Shown here one piece after another: positions 12,401 through 24,400 of a stretch of 64,000 bases of DNA. Numbering within the stretch: the stretch's first letter is position 1; each line of letters opens with the position of its first letter. The translations under genes were made by a program, and so were the position numbers. The stretch spans positions 26,125,523-26,189,522 of the forward strand of contig NC_057746.1 in NCBI RefSeq assembly GCF_004010195.1, given 5' to 3'. Source of the DNA: Chiloscyllium plagiosum. Taxonomy: Eukaryota. The notes beneath the pieces are model-generated. The model saw nothing but the letters and a program-made list of their open reading frames with translations, was not told the origin of the DNA and ran no database searches.

Positions 12401-15400
12401 AAATGCACTTTCTAAACCTGTCACCCAATTCTTAAGCATCAGTATCCCTCTGCTCCCCACCTACTCATGCATCTGTCCAGATTCATTTTAAATGAATCTA
12501 CTGTGCCTGCCGCTACCACCTCTGCTGGCAATGCGTTCCAGAGCCCACCACCCTCCGTGTGAAGTACTTGCCGCGTGTATCCCCCTCAAACATTTCACCT
12601 CTCGCCTCGAAAGCGTGACCTTTCGTTATTGAATCTTTCACCCTGGGAAAAAGCTTATCTTTATCTACCTGTCTATATGCTTCATATGAAAACAAACCTA
12701 ACCTACTCAACCTCTTTTCATAACTAGCACCTTCCATACCAGGCAACATCCTCATAAACCTTCTCTGCACCCTCTCCAAAGTGTCCACTTCCTTTTGGTA
12801 ATATGGCGACCAGAACTGTACATAGTATTCGATATGTGGCCGAACCAACGTCATGTACAATTTTAACATGACTTGCCAGCTCTTATACTCAATACCCCGT
12901 CTGATGAAAGCAAGCATATTATATGCATTCTTGACCACACTATTCATCTGTGCAGCAACCTTCAGGGTACAATGGACCTGAACTCCCAGATCTCTCTGCT
13001 CATCAACTTTTCCCAAGGCTCTTCCGTTTACTGTATAATTCGCTCTAGAGGTGGCACCAGCCAATGTCTATGACCCTCAGGAGCCAAACACAGCCAGATC
13101 ACGCATCCTTGAGCCTCCCTTGTCTGTGCTAAGCAGAATTGTAATAACTTCACTGATTGTCCTGTGTTGTGGCTTGGCAGGGGTTAATAAGCGGCAGCTT
13201 TGGTGACCAAGTTTGAAACTGAAGTTGGCAGAACCTGCCATCCAGTTGGAAGCAGGTGTCCCAGAGATGTTTGAAGGAGATGACAGACCATGTGGCAATT
13301 CCATACACTCAGCCGAACTGAGAGGCAAGAAACTACAGTGCGTCCGTAAAGTCACTGGCCTGCTTTGGTAAGTATTATGTTGTAAGTTTAGTGAGTTATC
13401 TCGCCAGTTATTTCCTGTGGCCCTACTGGTTCAAGTCCCAAGCAAACACACAGATACTGAGTGGGAGTTTAAACTGCAGGCTCAATGTTACCATGACGAT
13501 CTGGAACACATTCGCCTGGAATTGTGGGACAGGATCATATAGTGCAGAGCAGAAAATTACCCCACCCTACCATCGCATCATGCCAAGGAGTTTACAGCAC
13601 ACTTACAAAACTTTCTTGGATGTACTCCTCTAGACCATTTATCAAGACGTCTGTTGATGCCTAGAATGAAAGGAACATGCATTTGGGTATCGTCTGATGT
13701 TAAAGGTCTGAAATCAATTCCAGCACAAACCAGAGTAACCATCTTAATCCATCACACTGTGTCGTCACCTCAGCCTGCTAATCATTGCTTCTGTGAAAAA
13801 TAGTTTTGCCGCTATTGGTTGCTGCAGTGCACAAACCAATATAAAGCCAAAACTCACTGTGTAACAGATGAACACAGCAAAGGCTCATAGATCTGGGCCT
13901 GGAAGCAACCTGGTTAGATCAGCCCTGGTCAAATACCGTATTGAACAACTGAGCCGGGGTTAGCGAGAAGGAAAGGAGGGCGAGAGAGGTGGGAGAGGAA
14001 AGGGGAGCATGGGGACAAGGAGAGATCTTGGCGATAGAGCGAGTGGAAAAGTCAGTTGGGATAAAAACGAAGGTGCGAGTGAGAGAGATGCATAGCGGGA
14101 GGGAGGGAGGGACAGGTAAAGAAACAGGCAGAGCGGTGTGTCTCTGCTTACCCGGATGTTCTGCTCTGTTGGCTCCTGGTTGTTGAGGTACTGCTCCCGG
14201 AAAAAGCGGTTGAGCTGAGGTTGGATCCGTTGCAGGGGCTGGAACTGGCCGTGCAGCAACATGATCATATCCACCATGGAGAAGTTCTGGCAAATCAGGG
14301 ACAGCAGGTCTCCGAAGAATCCTGCGAGGGACAAGAACGGCAGCTCAAGACGTGAAGGCTGGGCAAGAGGCGTGGAGGCGGGATAGAACATTTACATCAG
14401 AAACTGGGGGGTGGGGCAGTTCACCAGGAAACGCCAAGTGAACAAACGAGACAGAAATCAAGGAGATACTTTCTCAAAGGCAAACACTGAAGGGGGTGAT
14501 GCAAATTTGGTAAACACAGCAAGCGTACCGTTGTCATTCCCAGAAAGCCTTGACTTTTAAAAAAATAAAAAGCACAACAACAAAGTCATAAGACACATAA
14601 CACGCCAAAAAGCATGTTCACATTCGGAACCCTGTCTATGGCATCCTGTTCCTCCAGGGGAGGAAAGCTTTGAAGCCCAGAGAGCCGTGCATTCAGGGTG
14701 ACCGGACGACAAACCCTCCACTCCGTTTGTCAAACCCGAACGCGGGAAGAGGGGCCAACGCACCGAGAGCGCCGTCTGCTCCCGGCTCGAAGATGTTGCT
14801 GGTGCCGCTCAGCCGCTGGATGAAGTCAGCGATGCTCTCGGTGCTGCCCTGCTGTGCGTTGAGCGAGCCCATCATGGAGGAGAGCACCCCCTGCACCACG
14901 CTGGTGAAGAACTCCGGAGTCAGGGTGTCCGCTCCCGCCTGCTGCTGCTGTCTGCCACCGGCCCGGTCCTGACTCGGCTGCGGCTGCGATGGTGGAGGAG
15001 GGGGGGCAGCGGGAGCCCCCTGAGCCGTCGGCTGGGAGGCTGCCGGGGCCGCCTGGGGAACCGTCACAGCTCCCTGCGCCGCCTGAGGAAGAAGGGAAGA
15101 GACGGTGAAGCCGAGTGAGTGGCTGACCCGAGGGACAAGCAGTTCTGTCCAGCGAGCCATTGACCCCCTGGGGCCCTTACACCACACAGTCACAGAGATG
15201 TACAGCATGGATACAGACCCTTCGGTCCATCTCATCCATGCCAACCAGATATACTAACTTAATCTCGTCCCATTTGCCAGCACTTGGCCCATATCCCTCC
15301 AAACCCTTCATAATCATATACCCATCCAGATGCCTTTTAAATGCTTTAATTGTACCAGCCTCCACCACTTCCTCTGATAGCTCATTCCACACACGTACAA

Positions 15401-18400
15401 CCCTCTGTGTGAAAACGTTGCCCCTTCGGTCTCTTTTATATCTTTCCCCTCTCACCCTAAACCTATGCCCTCTAGTTCTGGACTTCCCCCACCCCTATCC
15501 ATGCCCCTCATGATTTTATAAACCTCTAATAAGGTCACACCTCAGCTTCTGATGGTCCAGGGAAAATAGCCCCCACCTATTCAGCCACTCCCTATAGCTC
15601 AACTCTTGGCTAGGGACAGTAGGCGCGAGATTGGACAGGGGACGCAAAATGAGAGGGATCGCTTCTATCACACATCCGAGAGTCAAACAAATCTGCATAC
15701 ATGGTCCAGGTGTATAAATGGCAAGCGCTTTTCAACTGCATCACCCTGTCCAGAGGAAGCTCACTACCAGACAATTCCTGGGATGCCTTTTGGAGGACAG
15801 CACAAGCCCGTGCCTTTAATCACTGGAGTTTAGGGGACGGACAGAAACAAAGGTGATTTGGAGAGAACGTTACCTCTCACAGGGGCATCTAGAAACAGAC
15901 TGGACACAGCTTGAAATGGGGAGGGGGGGGGAAAAAAGAGGGAGAGAAGGAGGAGGAATTTCTTCTGAGGGTTGTCAGCCTTTGGATCTCCCTGGCTGTT
16001 GACACAGCGGAGCCTGGGACACTCAACAGACTCAAGGCTGAGGCATGGAGCTTTTGGATGGGCGATAGTGTCAAGGTTTATAAGAAACAGGAGCAGGAGC
16101 AGGCCATTCGGCCCCTCGAGCCTGCTCCGCCACTCCACAAGACCGTGGCTGATGCTTCTACGCAGATTCAGCTCCACTTACCACCCCTTAATCCCTTTTA
16201 CTGTTCAAAAATCTACCTTTGCCTTAAAAACATTCAACAAACTGCCTCAACGGTTTCACTGGGCAGGGAATTCCACAGATTCAAAACTCTTTGGGTGAAG
16301 AATTTCCTCCTCAGCTCAGTATGAAATGTGCTCCACCTTATTTTGAGGCTATGTCCCCAGTTCTAGTTTCAACCCCCAGTGGAAACAATCTTCCTGCTTC
16401 TCTTATCTGTTCCCTTCATAATTTTACACGTCTCTGCAAGATTTCCCCCCACCGTTCTTTGAAATTGCTACGAGCATAGTTCCAGGCTACTCAATCCCGG
16501 CTCATGAGCCATATCCGGAATCAACCCAGTGAACCCCCTCTGCGCCCTCTCCAGTGCCAGTAGATCCCTTCTCAAGTGTGGAGACTGAGACTGTACACAG
16601 TACTGCAGGGTGAGGGGCCACATTGACAGCAGTCACCGAATGGCAGAATTGGCTCCATGGGCCAGATGGCCTACTCTCACATCCTTGTGCAAAGTAAAAA
16701 TCTGCGCGCGCTGCAGCCCTGAAATAGACAGGAACAGAAACTCAGCATGGCCGGCAGCATCACTGGAGAGAAAGCAGGGTTAACGTTTCAAGTCCGGCGG
16801 GATTCCTCTTCTCTCCCGCAGATGCTGCCAGAATCTGTTGAGTTTCTCCGGCAACTTCGGTTTCCGTGCCTGCTTTGGGTGCTCAATGCCCAGTTTTGAC
16901 CGACACAGGGAAAAATAGTCAGCAATGGGTTTGCTGGTAAGGGCTTAGAGGGTCGCTGTTCACGCAGCAAATTTAGCTCCAGTTTTAAGTCGGTCACGTC
17001 TTAATGGTTCTGGGTATCTGGACTCTTTGAGAGACAGGGAGGACAGACTTGAACCACAGGCAACAGGCTCCACGGTTCACTCCTTGGGTGTGCTGTTGCT
17101 GCAGCAGTGAAACAAATTATACAGCACAGGAGGCTCTCTGGACTCAAAGGATTTGGGACAATGGCAGGAAAGTTGGGATGAGTGCGCTTTTGGTGGTAGC
17201 TGCATCAGTGTCTTTTCTGCGCCGTACGAACGCGATTCCTCTGCCTCACACTGGCTCTCTGCAAAACATAGCGAACGCTCCCAAACTCCACACCCACCTG
17301 CCCACGGTCCTCTCCCTTTCCCAGGACCACGCTCCCCGGTACAACTGTGACTCCCTGCAAACCATAATGAACAATCCCAAACTCCATACCCACCACCACC
17401 ACCGCCGCCCTCCGGCCCGCTGCTCCTCTCCCTTTTCCATCACCACGCTCCCCCTCATATGACTGTGACTCTCTGCTTGCGCTGGTTCTCTGCAAAACAC
17501 AGCGAACAATTCCAAACTCCACGCCCACCGCTGCCCTCCGGCCTCCACCCCGCTCCTTTCCCCCCTGGACTGCGATCCAGTCACCCTTACCCGCGAGAGA
17601 GTGACGGCCTCACCTGCAGGAACTCGGTCATGCCCTGGACAAAAGCCGGCATCCCCGGCAAGGTGACAGTGATGGTCGGCGAGCCCACGCCGCCGGCGCC
17701 CGCCGCCCCCAGCAGGTTGCCGAGGAGCTGCGAGAACTGGACATCGGGAGGGGCAGGGTGCTGCTGCTGCTGCTGGCCACCACCGTCCGCTGTGGCTGAG
17801 GCGGTGGTCCCGGTCGAGTTGGTGGTGGAGGTGGGGGCTTGGCCGGCCGTGGCTGACGTGGTGGTGGACGAGGCGGCCGTGGTGCTGGTGCCGGTAGCTG
17901 CCGAGGAGCCGCTGTCACTGGTCGGGGGCTGGGCTGCAAGAAACAGACGGCAGAGGAGGTGGGGCGGGGGGAGGAGGAGAGGGGGTGGGAGAGCATGAAA
18001 CCACCCGGCAAACCCTTCGGAGTGTTGAAGAAATGCGACAGGGAAAGGGCAGGATAGGTCTTTTGTGTCTGTCTCACCGGCTAGTCTCTGAACCCTCGCA
18101 ATCCCGGGGAGAATGGATTTAATGACCTGCGTGTCCTCCAACCATCGGAGAGAACATCAGAGTCATAGAGATGTACAGCACAGAAACCGATCCTTTGGTC
18201 CAACCCGTCCATGCCAACCAGATATCCTAACCTAATCTAGTCCCACCTGCCAGCACCCGGCCCATATCCCTCCAAACCATTCCTATCCCTCCATATACCC
18301 ATGCTGATACCTTTTAAATATTGCAATTGTACCAGCCTCCACCACTTCCTCTGGCAGCTCATACATGTACCCCCTCAGTGAAAAGGTTGCCCCTTAGATC

Positions 18401-21400
18401 CCTCTTATATCTTTCCCCCCCTTCACCCTAAACCTATGCCCTTTAGTTCCAGACTCCCCCATCCCACGAAAATTACTTTGTCTATTTATCGTATACATGC
18501 CCCTCAATTTTGAGAGAGATAGGGTCTCGGGAGCCAATTTGTCTTTTCAAGACCACAGAGAGTTTACTGAAGTGCCCCACGCCTGTCACAGCCTTCATCC
18601 GGCGGAAGACAACCGCGGAGGGACTGGTAGGCGATGCCCGAGTGGTATTCTCAATGGATCCAGGTCATGCTCAGGCTTGAATCCCGCCACGGCAGATGGT
18701 GGAATTTGTTTATTCAGGGAGGGAAGTTGCCATCTTTACTTCGTCTGGCCAATATGTGACTCCGGACCCGCAGCAATATGGTTGACTCTCGGCTGATCAC
18801 CAGGCGATTATAAATGGGCAATAAATACTGGGACACTCTCATCCCATGAATGATTTTTTTAAAAAAACTTCCTAACACGTCAGTTCAGAAGCAGACATCA
18901 GCCTCAGACTGAAAAATTGCTTTAACCCCTCCTTTCGGGATAATAACCACTCCCACCTGACTGCCAGCACAGAATCGGTAGCTCCTTAATAAATGACTTT
19001 GAAAGCACCAGTACTCAAGCATTTGGTTAAGCTGCAAACGCCAAACCCTACTCTTAGAGAGTCAGTCAGTCAGAGACAGGGAGACATCACTAAATCCTGC
19101 AGAATGAGCTCACAAATCGACCTGTCTTGCCAAGATCCAGCATCTCTCATGGCTTACGTGATCACACAAAACACCACACGGTGTAGAATTCACAGGCCAT
19201 TCATCCCGACAGGTTCGTGCTAGCCTTTTATCTCAGTGTCTTCGCCAGGCCCTGTCAACATACCCACTCTGCGGCATTTCCACAGAGGCCACCCAGCTAC
19301 TTGCTCTTGTGCTGTGTTCAGTCAGGGATGTTACAAAGGGGAGGAAGCACTGTTACAGCGGCAACATCGAGCTGAACGCTTCATCTGAAGGGCAGCACGT
19401 TCAGTGATGCCGTTTCCTCTCAGAACCGCACCGAAACACAGAGCTCAGCTCCAGAGGGTGGGAGTGTACCGACAGACTTACTGGAGCTGACACCTGGATT
19501 GTGAAGTGACAGTAAAGAGCGGAGAGCGCAGAGCAAAAAGGGGCACCATGAGCCAGTCAGACACTTACCAAAGACGACGGGCTGCATCAGAAGTTGCCCT
19601 ACCAGTCCGGTGATCATCTGAGCAAGAGTGGCAGGACCGGGGGTGGGACCGGGACCAGGGCCGGGGCCAGTGCCAGGATCAGGGGCAGGGGTAGAGCCAG
19701 GAGGAACCTGGAGTGAAAAGAGCAGGCACAGAAAATGAACTGCACGCTTACAAAGAAGGCACTTGAACTACAAAAGTAAACTTAAACATAGCCATGCCCG
19801 GAGCTGCTTATTTGAGCAGCAAACAGTCCTGGGAACACTGGGCAGCACAGTGGCTGCCTCACAGCACCAGGGTCCCAGGTTCGATTCCAACCTCGGGCGA
19901 CTGTCTGTGTGGAGTTTGCACATTCTCCCAGCGTCTGTGTGGGTTTCCTCCGGGTGCTCCGGTTTCCTCCCACAGTCCAAAGATGTGCAAGACAGGTGAA
20001 TTGGCCATGCTAAATTGCCCATAGTGTTAGGTGCATTAGTCAGAGGGAAATGGGTCTGGGTGGGTTACTCTTCGGAGGATCGGTGTGGACTGGTTGGGCC
20101 GAAGGGTCTGTTTCCACACTGTAAGGATGTCTAATCTAATCTAATCTAAAATCCTCTCAGCTCGGACACCATCTTGTATGCTTTCACAGCCTGCCAGCTG
20201 TTTCCCCACTCCTTACACCTGAGGCTTGACAGAGGTTGCTGCACAGCACCACAGCAAGTGAGGTAAGAGTGCAAGAATGTCACTGTGACCCACGATATTA
20301 TATGAAATTTGACACCAGCCCCGAAAGTCCTTTTATTTTGCTACATCCTCAATAAAACAAAATGGTTTAATAGGTGTACAGTTCTGGTCGCTCTGCTATA
20401 GGAAGGATACTATTAGATTGGAGAAGGCGCAGAATAGATTTACAAGGATGTTACTGAGACTGGAGTCTTTGAGTTAGAGAGAGGGGCTGGATAGGCTTTT
20501 TTACCCAGGAGCGCAGGGAGACTGAGGGCTGACCTTGTAGAGGACCATAAAATCATGAGGGGCATGAATAACGTGAATTTCATGGTCTTTTCTCTTGGGA
20601 AGGGGAATTCAAAACTGGAGGGCATATTCTTAGGATGAAAGGACTAAGATTTAAGAAAAAAGAGACCTGAGGGGCAACTTTTTCACAGAGAGGATAGCTC
20701 GCATGTGGAATGAGTTGCCAGAGGAAGTGGTAGGTGCAGGCACAGTTACAACATTTAAAAGACATTTGGACAGGTACATGAATAGGAAAGGTTTAGAGGG
20801 ATACGCATGCAAGGGGGGGCCTCGTTTGGTTTGGGAAACTTGATCCGCATGGACTAGTTGGACTGAAGTGCCTGTGTGCCTCTATCCGCAGTAACAGAGT
20901 GATTTTACCACATCCCTCATACTGCGATCTATCTCTCATGAGTTACCTGTGGGCCAGGTTGTGGTCCTGATGCTGACTGGGTCTGCCGTGGGGGAGGGGG
21001 TGGAGGCCGGGTAATCACCACTCGGGCAGGTGAAGGCTGAAACCCAGGAACCTGCTGCCCTGCTGGAGAAGGGGCAGAAGAAAAGATGGAATGAAACACT
21101 GAGAGAAGAACATGTACGCTGCCTCACGTGTAACACTGATCACCTTCAGAAAAGCTTCTCAAATGGTAACCTCTCCCAGCCCCACTCCACCCTGGTCTGC
21201 AATCAGATTAGGCCACCAGTCGGCTGTGCCTGCCACATAAGCTACTGTCAAACGCTCGTGGAATTAAAGAATAAAAAATTATCAGGAAGTAATTAATTCA
21301 TTATATGGAACTGGGACCAACTTCCTTTTACAGGACTGCCTTATGTGGGTCAGTTCTTGCTGACACTGAAATAAAGCCAAAAACGCTGGAAACTCTCAGC

Positions 21401-24400
21401 AGGTCTGTCAGTTGCTGCACAGAGTTTTTGTGATCCTACTTCAGCTACTCATGATTCTGAAGGAAGGTCACAGACCTGCAATGTTAATCCTGTTTCGCTC
21501 TTTCCCCACCACTCTGAACATTTCGGGCATTTTCAGACTCGATTTCAGCTTTCCAGCATCCATGGGATTTTGCTCTTGCCACTCGGAGCCGTGTGTGACC
21601 GTCGCGATATCAGACCCGCTCAGTGCTCTTCCCACTGCTACTCTGTCAAGTCGAGAGGATTAAGCAGCGATTGGAACTGGTTACTCTAATCCAACGGTCA
21701 TATTCTTACGAGGCAGCGCTGTCACAAAAAGCATACTGTCAGCCTTGCTTAGCTGGCAGTGTCCACACGAGGGTCGGCAGATTGAGAGTTCTGAGCTCCC
21801 GCTGCAGGCCAGAAGCATCCTTTCCAATGCCCTAATTGACTGCCTTGCACCCAAAGGTGAAGGCACTCACTGCTCAACTGCATGGCTGCTCTCACTAAGT
21901 TCTTCCTTTACTCAAAAGTGTCGAGCATGGAGCCATTAGCAAACAGACTACTTCATAAACGGAGTAGGACAAATGGGAATGTGGTAAGCAGGGGGGCGGG
22001 GTTTGGATCCGGCTTTTAACAATGTTTGATTTACTGCCAATAGCTATGATTTGGAGATGCCGGTGTTGGACTGTGGTGTACAAAGTTACAAATCACACAA
22101 GAGCAGGTTATAGTCCAACAGGTTTATATGGAAGCACTAGCTTTAGGAGCGCCGCTCCTTCATCAGGCAGGATCATGAGATACAGAATTTGTAGCTTCTC
22201 AAACTGCGGTTGCTTCACTAAATTAATAGCTAATTATCAATTTAAATACGTAAGATTAAACATGCACGACAGGACTAGTGGCATGCCACGATTGCAGCGA
22301 AGGTGTTGACAGAATGTGTTGCATCCCCAACAATTAAGTCTGTGGTAAGTAACTGCAATTCAGACAACTCCAGTTCAAGAACTCCGAACTGAAGTCTTAA
22401 ATGCAAACACCAAAGGATATCAGGGAGTGGAAGAGATAACCTGTGGCACTTTGTTTTAGCAAGACAGTCAACCCTACTAAGGTTCAGGAGTAAGTTTAGT
22501 GTAGGTCTTTAGGTCAAAGGCAGGAGGGCACGACTGTGATACAGACAGGCACAGTGATTCAGGGTGTAATGGGAGGTGTGTGGGATCTTAACTTTGACCT
22601 ACAGGTATGATGCACCCAAGAACATGGATTGCAGGGTGGATCAGTAAGCTGACCATGGTGTAGGAGGCTTCTCAACTAGGGGAGAGTCTAAAGGAACATG
22701 GTAATGACAGCACTTATTTTAGCTACAGGGCTAGATGCTGTGACCAAGAGCTCTAAAGTTTATATTTCCTTCATTACAGTAAGGTTAAGAAAGTCTCCTT
22801 GTAGCTGGAGAGGAAGATCTAGTGGGAGGTATTGGAACCAGTAAACTTTGCGCGTAGGAAGCTGAAACCTGAATTGATGTTCTGCTGAGAGAATTTGAGG
22901 GGTTAGGGTTCAAATTAAAATGCAGAATTTCAAAAGGTATTAATCTCTGGATTGTTACCTGAAGCACACACCAATTGGCAAAGAGTCATGCTCATGACAG
23001 AATTAAGCATGTGCCTCAAGGTTTGGTATGGGAAGAAGGGCTTCAATGCACAACTATCCAAGTCAATGGGGAAAGACGTCACTTCTGCCGGGACGCACAC
23101 CAATTAAACTGAGCTGGGATCTGTGCCCTGGCAAATTGTATAGCTTGAGATGCAGATAGGTAATCTAAAGTGGGAGGATATGGATCAGTTGAAAGAGATT
23201 TAGAAATCCAAAGAGATAAATTCAGGCAATTCAGCAGTGTAGTGATTTGACTAAAAGCAAGCAGAACGGGTCAGGGAAGAACAGAGTTTAATGATAATGG
23301 TGCATCAGTCAACAAGGTCCATGCAAAGAACAGGAATAAAGTAATAAAATTCTGTCCTTTAACTAAAAGAAGAATTATTTACACTAAGGTTGATTAACTC
23401 ATAGCACAAATAGCAATAATTGGTTTCAAACATTGTTACAAGGTGACTAAGGCTGGGAAATAAATATTTCACTCCATAAAATATTCCAAATATTCAGGCA
23501 GAATTAAAACACAGCAGCCCTGACAGTAAAGAATTATATAATCAGAAATGAGAAACAATTTTTCATTCTGAAGATCAGGAAATAGAATTAAGATGACCAA
23601 GAATTACAAGGATCAGAAAACACTGGTTAAAAGACTCCCAACTGTGGTTATCTTGTGGGCCATCATGTTTGGCAAGAAATATTTTGTAGCTTCAACAAAA
23701 CTGAAGTAATACTCATGGAAAATGTTAATCTCCATATCGACTGGGCAAATGAAATTATCAATGGTGGTGTATAAGATTGTTTCATAGAATACCTTTTCAC
23801 CAGTTCCCTGTTACATACATCAAGAACAAAGCCACTTTACATCTATTAGTGTGAAATAAAGTAGGATTAATTAGTACTCTCTCTGTAAATGACCCTTTGG
23901 GAACAGAGATCACACAATTAAACTCCATAATCTCGTATCAAACAACAATCAGAGCTACAACAAAACCAATTACATATTGCTGAAACACTTCATCAAATCT
24001 TTTCATCTTATAATCATCTTGACAATTCGCAAGAATACCACTTTAAGGGGGAAAAACGTTTGTATTGCACGAGAGAAGAGTGTTGACTGGTTGCCAAGTG
24101 GACTCTGATTGGTAGAAATCGCCATGGAAAACACACCAGTCAATGACAACTGACAGTTAACTGTCAGTGCTTGTTTAAATTTTAATCCAAATAAGTTGAC
24201 ACTGATTGGTCAAGGTACTGTTCTGAAAAATGAACCAGCGAATAGCTATTGCCTATTTTGTTGAGTTGAGTCCGGCACACATGTAGGTATTCTGTCTGCA
24301 AAGTACAAGGCCCTACACAATTAACACATGCATCTTCCAGTAATAGTTATTTTAAAAACCCATGAAGGTAGAACTGGAGAGCAAGCCAAGGCTGATTAGG

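Noticed and set aside
17459-17998. 179-aa plus-strand ORF (also 14670-14972, 5486-5821, 32176-32718)
   Set aside because: Antisense shadows of GC-rich BAG6 exons with no independent support.
23975-24340. Dispersed repeat shared with about 35210-35520, possibly another Penelope-like end with a hammerhead
   Set aside because: The two regions are visibly similar, but the putative core is too decayed to call.
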